Shown in pieces: positions 25,891 to 38,400 of a DNA stretch of 64,000 nucleotides (positions within the stretch are counted from its first letter, which is position 1; every line of letters begins with the position of its first letter). This DNA comes from Amoebophrya sp. A120 (taxonomy: Eukaryota > Protista > Dinoflagellata). Made by a program: the position numbers and the translations under genes. The notes under the pieces were generated by a model. That model saw nothing but the letters and a program-made list of their open reading frames with translations. It had not been told where the DNA came from and searched no databases. The stretch covers positions 395,309-459,308 of the forward strand of contig CAJINV010000015.1 of assembly GCA_905178155.1 (NCBI GenBank), in the 5' to 3' direction.

Positions 25891-28800
25891 TCAAACTCCA
25901 CGCGACCCCCAGCAGGTCAGCCTGATCTCACTGCTCGCCCGGACCGGCAGCGTGCAGTAGTCGACCGACAAAACCCGGGTCTCGATTGACTCCCGCTCCG
26001 TCCCCATGTTCGTAATGTCGGTGACCGCAGTGTGATAGACGTTAAATGTGGAAAACAGCAAAGTTTCCGCGAACTCCATGCCCGGCCGGACGTACCACTT
26101 CATATTGTCGGCTTGCCCCTGGGAAAGTTCGTCCTCGTTCAAGAATCTTTGGGAATGCGCGCCCGTCGCGTTGAGCGGAATGGAGGACGGGTCCAGAACC
26201 GCGAGCGGGTACTTGATCGCGAACGGCTTCGATAAATCCTTATCAGCAGGCCTTGTTACGTTCATCCACAAGTTGTAAGCGTCATGCACTCTGACGCGGG
26301 ACCAGAAGCATCCCCACTTCGCGAGCGTGTGTTCCTTCAGCAGATTTCCGTCCAGCAGCTTGGTAAAAAAAGCCTCGACCGTGGACCAGTCCGGGGCCAT
26401 TGCAAACACCGCGTCGCCGAAGCCCCTGCCCCACGCGGGCAGTGTGGAATTTAGAACGTTTATTCTGCGGGCGATTCTTATGGATGTGTCAGAGTTGAAA
26501 TCGACAAAGTTGAAATAATTTGTCATGCATAAAATGGGTGCCAGTTGGAACCCACTTTCTAAGTGGCGCATGACAAATTTCGGCGGTCCCTAAATCCAGT
26601 TTGTCATGCTGTTTAGGCAAAGAAGAGCGATTTTCTTATGCTACTTTAGCAGCTCGAGCTGTAACCCCAAACAGGCTTACAATCGGCTCTGCAACACACG
26701 TGCCTCGGGTGATGCATTTTATGCATTACAGATTATTTCAACTTTGACGATTTCAAACCTGACGCTTCCATAATTCTCCGGAAGAGCGTTTCCAACTCCT
26801 CCACAAAGGCCGCCGCGGTTTGCGAAGTGGGCAAAGCGCCCTTTTTATCAAATGTAAAAATGTTTGGGTCTGGAAACTTGTGATGCTGTGTGGCATATCA
26901 TGAGGAGGCCACAATTGCTGGCTCAGCATGACAAGCTTCTGAGCTTCTAGGTGTTCCCTATTCTGCATGACAAACTACGTTTCTGCATGACAGAAAAGTG
27001 GGGCTCTTTGGTAATGTGCATGACAGATTTAAGAGTCATGCCAGATAAGCATGACAAACTTGCATTCTTCCAGACCCAGACATTTTTACATTTGATACTT
27101 TTCCCAGCGTCCCAAAAGCGTCAAGTACCCGACGGCAATAACTCTGTCGGTTGGGTGTGATCTTACGGTCGGTGTGCTGTGAGCACCGACCACATGCGGG
27201 GTGGGCGCGACATATTTCGCCACGTGCTCGAGGTCCGAATCGGTCAAGTTGCAAGTTGCCTTTGCGACATCGTTCACAAGGTCGCCCGATTCTAGTAGTG
27301 GCTTCAGCAACGGCGCCTGCAGTCCGGACGCCAGCAAAACGGAGAAGTATCCCAGCACGGAGAATCTTCCGCCGTAGCTCATGTTGGTATGAACTGCAAA
27401 AATATCGCACTCGTAGTAATTGCTTTTATGCATGACATCGGTGATCTACGGGCAGGCTCAGGCTGTCAGTCCCGGCGGCGCTTTTGGCCCTATGTACAGA
27501 GAGAACAAAAATAAAAACAAGTGTAGGTAGACATACATGTGAAAGATTTATTGAGGAAAATATATAACTGAAAGAAGACGAAAGTCGTATATGCAGCACT
27601 AAAGCCACTCTTACGGGCATGGTCACGATTGGGCTTTAGTGGGTAGTGCTCCTACGATCTGTTACACTTCTATCAGCTGGTCAAGTACGAGGAAAACGAG
27701 AGCAGCATTGAAGAAGGGAAAGGCGCGCGCGCAGGCCAGCCCAGCAGCAGCAAAAAATCAAGACAAGAAGCAGACTACTGCCACCCGGGGTCCTACCCGA
27801 CCGAAAACTGTACCGGTATGGGCCAACATACCACAAAAAGCACCGAAGCAGGGTAGGTGCTCGCGTAAAGAGAAAGGTGCCCAAACCTGCAGCGCCCGAG
27901 GGTGCATGCTCACCACTGTAGGATAATCTCTTTACCGTCTGCCAGCGGACAAGCCGCTGAAAGGCAAGGATGAAGCGCAAAGCAAAAAACAGGTAGGACA
28001 AATTCACTTCCTACAGATTTCAAGGATGAAGCGCAAAGCAAAAAACAGGTAGGATGGAGCCAGCAGGCCAACCGCATGACAAATTCACTTCCTACAGATT
28101 TCATTAATTTCATTTGTAATGCTGAGCTAAAAAGTTGTAATGCGATTCATACTAGAAGTGCGATGCTTTTGCCTTTCATAGTTGGGCAGGTCCGGCAACA
28201 ATTTCCAGAACGGCTTCACCTCCTCCGAAAGGCCCTGCATGGTCACATCGGTGTGCACGAAGGTCAGCGGCACTATCCCGTTGACCACGATCTTCGCGGT
28301 GGCGGAGCGGTGCCGACTGTCCACGATCACAGTGGCGCGCTTCAAGTTCGCGGCTGCGACCGCAGTTTGCAGCTTGTCAAACAAAGCCCTGAAGCTCTTT
28401 CGATTCGCGGCCGCGTCCTTCTCCAAGCTCGCGCTCGGTGCTTGCCACCCATTGACTCCATCCTTGGCGGTTTGGTCCAAGTTCGCGACTTTTGCAGCGT
28501 ATGTCAGCTGCTCGTTCCAGATTTTGTGCGACAGATTCGTCTCCTCCTGGTTTAGATTCGGGGCACTCGGCGTCAACTTTTCGACGATTTTCTGAGTAAC
28601 CAGAGTGCGCCACGTGGTGGAGTCCGGTAGCGTGCGCAACTTGTCGGCCGGCCAATTCTCCAGCAATTTCCGAAATGAGGTGGCCTGCTGAGGAGCTCCT
28701 TCCGCCGGGTCTTGTTGTTGGCTGAAGTCCTCCGGCTGAATAAAGGCGTAGCCCTTGGTTTGGTACTGGCTCACCGCCTGCTTTCTTTTTTCCTCATCCA

Positions 28801-29212
28801 GCAAGCTGAAAGGCTGCCCGTTCAGCGTCATGCTGGTCATACGCTGGGTCTTTGGGTCGAAAGCCGGATCGTAGTTCTCATCCACTTTGCGTGGGGGCTT
28901 CAAGTTGATCTGCACCCGCTCCTGCTGGCCCGCGAGGTTGTTCCACTCCGGCTCGGCTTCCTTATTCCAGACGAACAGGTAGAGAAGCAGGAGGGCTAAT
29001 CCGAGAACGAGAACCATAGAAACTACGATAATGATCGTGGTGATCAAACAACAACTCTTCTTCTTCTTCTCCTCCTCCTCAGCCCTTTGGAGGCTGGAAT
29101 CATCAGCAGGATAGACCAGAGGCTCGCGCTCTCCTTGTTGTTCATAGTGCCCGGGGGGCCCAGCCGGTTGCTGGTGGGCATAGACGACCTGGCTGCCTGG
29201 ATGGACGGACAT
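25891..29212 (-). CDS. Membrane-anchored AsaB/CmcJ/NvfI-like (putative Fe/2OG-type) oxidoreductase; 3 introner introns
   Basis: N-terminal TM; FVHTD (HxD), YNLWMN, YPLAVLD, KWYV.PGM...LLF, YHTAV and RESIETR motifs typical of this family; frame restored across 27388-28180, 26846-27097 and 26479-26772. Confidence 0.7.
26479..26772. mobile_element. Introner family F
   Basis: TIRs; DR attct. Confidence 0.9.
26846..27097. mobile_element. Introner family A
   Basis: TIRs; DR ctttt. Confidence 0.92.
27388..28180. mobile_element. Introner family B expanded by an internal insertion of about 644 nt
   Basis: B-type TIRs at both ends; DR gttgg; removal gives DLPN|MSYGG in frame. Confidence 0.85.
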
Positions 29213-29862
29213 TTTTGAGAACCGGCAGGGTGAACAGATACAGAATGAAATTGGTAGCCAACAAATAAACTGTCAACAAAGCCAAAGCTGAAAACTCAAC
29301 TCAAGTTTGTCGTACAAACCAGCAGGATAAAAATGATCAAAGTAATTGCTTCAAAGCAAAAAAGTACGTATTTGCGTCTAATGCTAAAATAACAGTGCTG
29401 ATGAAAATGCTTGTCAAAACCTTCAAGAACTACTTGGCGTTGGTTGATGCTGCAAGAATGTACCAAAAAATGACTTTCGCGTGGTATTGCTTTGATGAAA
29501 AATAGTTCGTTGTCCTTGCAGTGTGCGATTTATTATTTATTTTCTGTCATCACTTGTCATCCGACATGATAGATCCTGGCGGCCATTTTTGCGCCTGCAA
29601 TTTAGATGACCTCGTCAACGCATAGCTCTGCTTCTAGCATCATGATCATGAAGGAGCATTTTATTCACAAAAGATAAAGGAACTTTTTACAGAGAGTCGT
29701 ATGCGCCATGGATTGGGGGGGGGTGCGCATGCACATCAATTGGCATTTTCGAATAGTAGAGCAAATAGAGCTTCTTCATCCAGAAGTAGCAGAAGATGTA
29801 ACACCGATCAAGATCATCATTTGTGACCGATCTTGCACATCTTTTTTAAAGAAAAAAACACT

Positions 29863-31242
29863 AAATATTCATTATCCGCGAAGGCGTCCACAGCGAATGT
29901 TTCGCCGTGAAGCGGACCTGGCTCAAACCTGGGCCAAAAGAGGGCCAAAGCTCTAGAGGTAGCCTTTTCTTCGCCTACTTTTCTATTTCGAATACGCATA
30001 CTACTGTGGAAAAGCCTGGAGCTCGAGGAGGGCCGCGACCTCTAGAAATGCAAAACCTGTAGGGGTGAGCTCTAGAGGTCAACCTCTAGAGGTCGACCTC
30101 TACAGGTCTTGGCCCTACGCTGTCTACAGCTTCGAGCCCAAAAGTCGCCTTTTTCTACTCAAACAAGAACACTACGTGGCTCGTCTGCTTTGAAGCAGGT
30201 CTTTGTAGTTGTTCTTCCACGCGCGACCGGCCTACCGTCTCGAAAACGGAAGCGAAACAACGACCAACCGCGCGCGGGCTGGGAGGGGCACAGAGACAAC
30301 CACCGGAATGCCTGTCGCGTTCAGGCGGGGAAGGCAGGTCGGGCGGCCGCCTACTTTCATATTCATCAGCTTCGCATACAGTAAAAAAAGGTAAAGGACC
30401 TGGACCAAATAATTTCGCTGCTGCAGGGGTGCCTGCTACTGGGAAGCAAGAGCTGTGGCGAAGCTCTGCTACTGGAGCGGCGCGCGCGCTTTACAATTAG
30501 CGCCAACAGGTGCGCAGCGGTTCACGGGATTGCAGCTGTGTTTGCTTCTTTTTGTATGTGCCGAGCGATCAGCGGCGACCCCTAACTCCACAAATCGCAG
30601 CTACAGCTAGCCGAAACACATGCACCCCGAAGAGCGGCAGCGGCAACCTTGGCCTAGTTGCGCTGGGGTGACTGCAATGAAAACAGAGAGGGTGGCTACG
30701 CCTGCTGCGGATTTCTGGTGCCAGCTGATAGGGGGCGCGTCTAACGCGGCCGAATGTAACGAGAACAACCTGGAGGGCGCGCGCTTATTTTCTGCCTCGA
30801 TTGCTGGGCCCTGCTTCTCGTTCTGGCACTACAGGCGCCGGCCGGGCCAGGCGTTCTAGGTTTTGGGCTGCTGATGGCGGTTTGCGCCTGCCAGTTTTCT
30901 TTTGATTTTTTTTCTCTTTGTCTTTTGGTTTTGTTCGTGCTTTTGCGAGCCCCGGGAACCTTAAAAACTTTGCTCATTTTGCTGCTTTGCCTTTTGCTGC
31001 TTGGTAGGGCAACCAAGTTTTTTTCGTGCGTTGACTGCCCTTCCCGCCAAAACCTTTCGCCCAGAAGGCGCCTCCCCTACGGCCAAGCTTCTTTGTTTAG
31101 CCGCGCGCTTCCAGGAGATCTAGCTGCTGCAATGCTATTTTCCTATTGTTATGTGCAGATCCCCGCGCCGCTGTGTCTGCACTGCGGCGCGAGCCCCAAA
31201 TATTCATTCTCCGCGAAGGCGTCCACAGCGAATGTTTCGCCG
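29863..31242. repeat. Intergenic segment bounded by 45-nt direct repeats (29863-29907 and 31198-31242)
   Basis: aaatattcatt(a/c)tccgcgaaggcgtccacagcgaatgtttcgccg twice. Confidence 0.7.
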
Positions 31243-31575
31243 CATTGGCGAGCAATAGCTCTCCTGCTCGGATGAACGAAGAAACGTTTTCCGTGCTTCT
31301 GCTTCTCAATAAAATACGTACGCATGATCTACTTCGCCCGTTGTCCGAAGTGCTGACCACCCTTCTTCTGTTGTTTTGCAGTCCAGTGGTCCCCGATTTC
31401 AAAAAAAATGGCCTCGTGAGGCTTGCTGGTGTTGGTGAACGTTCAGGGGGAATGGTTATGGTGGTGCGTTGAATATAACGAGCAGCTTAATGACGCACTT
31501 GTTTTTCAACAAGAAGAGGGGGCCGGGGTCTACAACTCAGACTTACGACAGCGGGTTACTAGGGTAATGCAATTC

Positions 31576-31858
31576 ATAACGAGAATAGCTGTCGAGTAGC
31601 TAGATATTTTCAAAGTCATTCGCTAGCTGTTAAAAGTAGGTACTTGTTTCCATTCTATTTACTGTGCTATTAGCACAATGAGCTAGCTAGTCTGAATGCT
31701 GTCGCGGATGCGTCGACGCATCCGTGACAGCATTCCTACTAGCTACGTATATTAAATATCTATTCCGCACCTGAAAAGGTGGCATTGAAAGCATGCTTTT
31801 TTGAAAGCTAGCTAATGACTTTGGAAATTCTTAGCTACTCGACAGTTATTCTCGTTAT
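31576..31858. mobile_element. Intergenic foldback/MITE with TIRs of about 55 nt and a central 42-nt palindrome
   Basis: ataacgagaatagctgtcgagtagcta...tagctactcgacagttattctcgttat; centre gaatgctgtcgcggatgcgtcgacgcatccgtgacagcattc (31694-31735). Confidence 0.8.
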
Positions 31859-32128
31859 ACGTGAAATGTCAAAGCTAGCTAGACATTTATTTTGACGGCC
31901 AAAAACATCTACATCACACAGAACACACCTCGTGTTTTTGGTAATTGTTGCCCATCATGCGCGTGCGGCCATGATGATGCGGCTACCAAAGTGATCGTAA
32001 CATCGTGGCCACAAGTATTTACGTGCAACAGCGAGCTAGGCCCAGCATTCCAGAGCAGTGGACACTTCGTCGCGTCCGCGATGACTGATCAAACATCAAT
32101 GACACTCGTCTTGCTACTGGCAAGGCAT

Positions 32129-34574
32129 CTACAGTTCTGCCTTCTTGCCATCATGATTACCATATGCATTGCAAAAGTATCGTACTCGTATAAATGCATT
32201 ACAAATTTCCTCAGCGTTAGAAATGAAATTTGTAATGCGGATTTACCTTGAAAACAAGATTTGTAATGCATGATTGCAATACGAGTACGATACTTTTGCA
32301 CAGGATATACCACTAGCCCGTTTCGCGAATTCAGTGGAAACGCTGTTTGACAACTTCTGCAAACTCTCAATCGACAATTCTGGCAAAGTATCAAATGCAA
32401 AGAAGTCTGGGTCTGGAAACTTGTGATGCAAGTCAGTCAGCAAGAATAAGTGAACTGTAATGCGCAGCCAAGCATGACAAGTTTTTCCCGTGCTTCTGTG
32501 CTGCGCAGTCCGCATGAGCAACGGCGTTTTTGCATGACAGGCGAGACGAGAGGCTGTTCGTGGCCACGCAATACAGAGTGCAGAGTCACATACCAGACTA
32601 GCATGGCAAATATTGCAATCTTCCAGACCCAGACATATTTGCACTTGATACAAAACTGATGTCAGGAAAAAATCCAGATTGTTGTCCACCATGGTTGACG
32701 TAGTTTTTGCCGATGTGGTGGATTTGTTGTTTTCATCTTTTTCGTTTGAAGTTCCGGTTGTAGTTGCAGAAGAGGAATCAGCAGACGAAGCGGATGAAGA
32801 CTTTGTTCCTGTTCTTGGCGCTGAACTACTCGAACTACTTGTCTTTCTACTAGTACTCGTGCTGGAGTCAACATCTTTGTCTTTGATATCTGTCTTCGAA
32901 TTTAAACCAGCAGTTTTCTTCTTCTTTTTACCACCCCCTGATGCAGTTGCACTTGATGACCGTGTCCCGTCCCAGGTCACTTTGGTCGCCTTTCTCTTCT
33001 TCTTTTTCGCGCCGGCTCGCCTGTCTTTGGCCTTCATCTCCTCTGGGTCTGAGGCGCCCGACATGCTGGTCTTGCACTCCTCTTCACAAAGTTTTTCCTT
33101 GTCAATCTCCGTGCCCATCTGCATCAACTTCTCTTCCCCGACTTTCTCCGTGAACATCTGGCAGTACCTGATATAGTAGTTTTTGTGATAATTTGCATTT
33201 GGCTTAGTGTGTTTATGCATGACAAAGCAGACGATCTCCGTTCACTGACCACGCAACTACACAAATCGAAACTTGACAAACAAAAATGCTTAACTATCAA
33301 GTACGATATCAGCCTCTGGTCGTAGTCCCCCATGCCCATCTGCCCGAACCCCTTGTCATCCCCAAGATGGTCAATAATCCCGGGCCCAAACAAGTAGTAC
33401 TTCTCTTCATACTGTTTCACCCCGTAGGTTCGTTTGTCGAAACTCTTCTCGCTGCACACTTTCTCCTCCAGCAAGTCCAAAAACTCGTAGTCCTTCAGCG
33501 GCACATTGGGCCGGATACTCTATCAAATGTAAAAATGTCTGGGTCTGGAAGATTCTGAGATTTGTCATGCATATTTTGCATGGCCCAGGATGTCTGTAAT
33601 GCACGACCTAGCATCGCAGATCTTTAGAGGGCTTCCTGATGCCTACTCCGCATGACAAATGCCCTCCCCGCGTAGCAGAGACGAGACCTCTCTTGCTGGT
33701 CATGCAATGCCGATTTTCTTAGAGTCCAAAGTTAGCATCACAAGTTCCAACCTTCCAGACCCAGACATTTTTACATTTGATATACTAGTCACATTCGCGA
33801 TTTGCTTCTGAAGTTGGTGGAAGGTCGCCCGGCATATGCATTGCAAATATGTCTGGGTCTGGAAGCATGCAAGTTTGTCATGCTTGTCTCACACGACTCT
33901 TAAATCTGTAATGTATGAGCAGGAAATAAAGAGGCTCTCTACTCCTGTCAAGCAAATATGCAGTTTGTCATGCGGAGAGCGAAACACACAGGAGCTCAAA
34001 AACTTGTCATGCGTGGCTGCATATTGTAATGCGCCTACCATTCACAAACTAGCATCACAACTTTCCAGACCCAGACACATTTGCATTTGATACGGCACGC
34101 GTCGCAACGAAACCACTCGAACTTGTCTAAGGTGGCGGTGGCTTGGCTATTGTGAGGAAAAATGCTTCCTCCCCATATCGAAACGAAGTTTCTGATGCTG
34201 GATTTGCGTACACAAATCAGATTTATCTTGCAGAAAGTGCTTGGCGGCATTTTCTAAGCCTGTTTGGGTATGCAGAAGGCTAGCAATTACGCACGGCAAA
34301 CAGGTTCGCAGTAGTCGAAAGCGCATGACAGGCTGGCTGTGGAATGCACCACGTGGCTTCTGTTACCCTATAGGCAAGACAAAGGAAATTTGTGGGGACA
34401 AATCAACATCACAAATTTCCATTTTGATATGGGGAGGGGGGATTTTTCCTCTTGATATTGGCGGAGCAAAGTAAATGTTGTGGCCAGGAGGAGCAAGTAG
34501 ATCTGCATCTGCGTCGTGGCCGAGATGAAAACTCCAATACTTGATGTTCTCATGATCATGTTCTTGCGCGACAT
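32129..34574 (-). CDS. MZB1/pERp1-like saposin-fold ER protein with a KDEL-like C-terminus (KAEL); 6 non-canonical introns
   Basis: Signal-like N-terminus, then RCDACRA, LDLLEEKVCS...YGVK...LFGPG, RL..YC..F...GEE and LCEEEC as in MZB1; the spliced end reads ...GKKAEL*. Confidence 0.75.
32163..32307. mobile_element. Introner family B
   Basis: TIRs; DR tacca. Confidence 0.92.
32389..32650. mobile_element. Introner family A
   Basis: TIRs; DR caaag/caaaa. Confidence 0.9.
33172..33308. other. Non-canonical intron, TAT...ATA with a short inverted repeat and no clear 5-nt DR
   Basis: ctgatatagta...tacgatatcag; removal needed to join DQRL to IRYCQMF. Confidence 0.6.
33521..33782. mobile_element. 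Introner family A
   Basis: TIRs; DR tactc/tacta. Confidence 0.9.
33835..34092. mobile_element. Introner family A
   Basis: TIRs; DR cggca. Confidence 0.9.
34148..34457. mobile_element. Introner family G
   Basis: TIRs; DR ttggc. Confidence 0.9.
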
Positions 34575-35406
34575 GTTGAGTCGTGTGGGCCTCCGGGAAC
34601 ATACAAGTTGAAAAAGCAACGAGGACCGCGGATGTTGGCGCACAAGATGACAGTACCTTCAGGCACAACGTGCAAAGATCAAGATGTTCTTACAACGGAC
34701 TCGCGTCATGAGTATGATGTTGACAGTGAAGTAGACACGATGATTTTTTTTCACAGACAAATAGAAATACCGTTACCGGAAGATGATCCCAGATCAAGAT
34801 GAAAATACAACTTTTAGCAACAGAAAATTTCGTGTCAGACTACCGCGTCGTAGAGGTCATCAAGAGCTGCGTCACAGGATTGGGTACTGCCGATGAAAGA
34901 TTGTACTTAGACAGACATCAGGATATGGGTAGTAGAAACCGAACAAGTTTACGAGTTTCACGATGAATCCATGCTGTGGCTGGACACGCATCGAGTTGAG
35001 GAGCCTCAACATGATGAAAGAATGTTTCTAAGGGAAACAACGGGATTGAAATCCACGCTATGACAATTATTTCGTATCTCTTGTCTTCTTTCCACCAATC
35101 GTGGCACGTCTTTCATTAATTTTCCGACTTTCTTCAATCAACAGTAAAAAAATGGTAAATGCTGCCTTGCCGTGCCTGCCGGTCGCGTTTGCCGTTAGTA
35201 CACAACGCATTCTACAGACAACGAAAAATTCTGGTGAACAAAAGAAAACTTTCTGTTTCAATATTTTCTACAGGCGCGTTGCGAAACATTTCAAGATATG
35301 ATGGAGGTATTAGAAACAGCATGCTCTTCGTGTGTAGAAACGACCTTGATATTCTTACCCATTACAACACGAATTGAAAGCGAACCACTAAAATGAATAG
35401 ACATCA

Positions 35407-38400
35407 TTAGATTTCTTGAACAACAACCCCAGTCGAACTGCTTCCGAAAGAAGTACTCTCTTCTTTCTCGTCCCTGCTTGAAGATGTGGCTTTCGTTACC
35501 CTGTCACCGCCACCACCTACCCTTCCCGTCCGCAGCAACACCACCGCCAGGTAGCCCCAAACCATCATATCCTGTGCAAAAGTGTCTGGGTCTGGGAGAT
35601 TCCGAGACCTGTCATGCAGATTTTCCATTATCCATGTCGTCTGGAATGCAGCACCTAGCATGACAGATTCTGTGAGATCCCTATTATGCCTATCCTGCGT
35701 GAGAAACTCCCTGCCAACTTGGTCGAAAGTGGACAGCTTCTGGCACTCATGCAACACAGATGCTTGCATGATCCAGAATTAGCATGACAAGTTGCAACCT
35801 TCCAGACCCAGGCATATTTGCAATCCATACATCACTGCGCCGAGCAACATGGTGCTAGAAAACCCCGAAACTTTCCGCAACCACGCGCCGAGCAATATGG
35901 CGTTCTCAACTGTTACATTCTCAACTGTTACATGAAGTTGTGATGCAAGAATGGCACAGGTGAGAGGGAGAACCTTGCGCGTCTTGCAATACAGATTTGG
36001 TGCGGATTCTAGTGCTATTTAGCTCTCTGAGAATTTGTCATGCGAAGCAGCTTCATCATCTGGCGCCTGCGCCTCATGGTCAGTTTGCATGACAAATCAT
36101 GGAACGGCTGAGAATGTAACGTTTGAGAACCCCATAAGCAACGGCCCAATAATCAAGCCGAGCTGGGTGAAAATGTTGAACAAAGCGACGACCTGTTCCG
36201 TCACGGACTCGGTGTTTGTGTTGTTGGTGTTTTCGGATTTTTGCATAGGTTGCCCGTCTTGCAAGTTGTGGATTCCGCTATCCTGCGTTTGCTTCATGGC
36301 AGGAAGCGTTGGCACGAGTAGCAACGCCTGTCCCAGACCGAGGAGGACCAAAATCACCGCTTCAATAACTGTGCACTCTTGTAGTTCATCAGTCGACGTT
36401 CTTCTTTCGTCACTTCTTCCCTCGCCCAGCAGAACTGAGTGATACAGCCCCAGCAGCAGCAAGCAAAACCCGGACACCCCCGCGCCCAGCTTCAGGCTCC
36501 GGAGATACAGTTTCTCCCGGTCCGCAATGGTGCCCGCCGGAACGCCGCAGAGACTGTAGGAGATGGAAAGAATGGCGTACATGTAGCCGATTTGGAGGAC
36601 GTCTAGATGGAGAAATTGCTTCGCGTGAATCGCGTAGATGGGCTCAACCAGGCCGAAAACGAAGGTTCCGAGAAAAAGAAAACCGGCCGGAATCAGTATC
36701 CTGCGCAAAAATGTCCCCACCTCCCCATAGTCAAGTTGGTAAATCTGCAACACAAATCCCCAAAGTTTTGGGAGTTGTGCATGACAAGTTTCCATCTGCA
36801 GTGTAGTGGTGGTTGGCAACGGAAGCCGCATGACAAGGCCACCTTCGTTCTCATCCTGTTTACAGCATGACAAGCTCCAAAACAAGATATGGAAATGACT
36901 CTCATGGAGATGCGCATTACAAATGTTGCACTGTCGTTGCACATTTGCATGACAACTCTGGGGTGGGGACGTTTTTACTCAGGATAATCAGGATTGCGAA
37001 GTTGTCTTTTGCGAGCACAGAGTAGAGGTTGATGTTAGACGTCGTGGCTTCCTCCTCCTTAGTAATCTTATCCGCGTTCTTGGTGTACGAAGGAGTACGA
37101 GTAGGAGTCTGTGCTGCTTGTTCTTGCTCCACGTTCTTGGCGTCCACTTTGGCTTTCGCTAATGGAGGTTGGACGAGGCTGTTATCTTTATTCCCCGGCT
37201 CCGGCTGCACCAGACTTCGATTTAATATTTTCCGGTTGCTCCTACTTCCCAGCTCAAACCACGCGAGCAAAACCACGACCGGGACCGCGACAAACAGCAT
37301 CAAGCATCCCGACACCAAAAACGGGCAAGAAAACGAGCCCCCGATGAGTTCTAGCCAGGACCCGATCGGCGGCCCGCAAGAGAACCCAACGCCGATAATA
37401 ACTTCGTTTCACCTATCCACAGTAAATCAAAATTTCCCACACGACACGACGATGTACAAATGCGGTTTCTGGATTTGACAAAAGTTTCGTTCAATCCTCA
37501 ACTTAATACTTGACGAAAAAATATATTTGTAGTGCATATTTTGCACATGCACGTTGTGTGCAGCAGGAAATCAAAATTTGTATTGCGTATAACCCCATGA
37601 CCAATCCCAGGTCGTCCACAAACCGGTCGGCCACCATACTGAAGATTGCGAGATTCGAAAACGCTTGGCCGATCCCACCAAGCAACCTTGTAAAAATCTG
37701 GAGGTAAAGGACAAATTCCGGGTTGGAAGCAAACCAGATCGGCGTGTAGCCGAACAAAATCGCGGAGAGCCCCTGCAGCAAGAGACCGAAGAGAAGAATC
37801 GTAATGCGGGTTTTTGTCGTGGAACTGGTGTAGTTGCTCTTCGTGGTTTTCATCTGCGCGTCGACAAGATCCTTGCCTGTTCTTTCGGTGGTAGAAGTGG
37901 TAGAAACCGTAGATGTACTAGTTTCATCTTCACTGTTCTTACTACTAGATGAATTTTTCGCCGCAATTTTTTCGCTGATCACCGGGGTGAAGAGCAAAAC
38001 CGCAACGGAGTAGACCGCAAACACCGACCCAACCCACGTGACGTCGATGTTTAACTTAGCATACTCCGCGGGGAGGATCGGCGCGATCTATGCATTGCAA
38101 ATATGTCTGTGTCTGGAACAAGATTCCGACATTTGTAATGCAGTTTTTCCAAGCAACCCCAGGTCTGGAATGCAGAGCCTAGCATCACAGATTCATTGCG
38201 CAGCCTCTTGGTCTTGGTGATGCCCATCCTGCATGAGAAATGCCCTTTCAACATCAGCATGGCCAGAAGTGGGCACCTTTATTTGCATGCCATGCATCAC
38301 AGATCTTTGTATGATCCGCAACACGCATCACAAGTTCGGATCCTTCCAGACATCCAGACATATTTGCATTTGATACGATCAGGCTGCACACGATGTTCGA

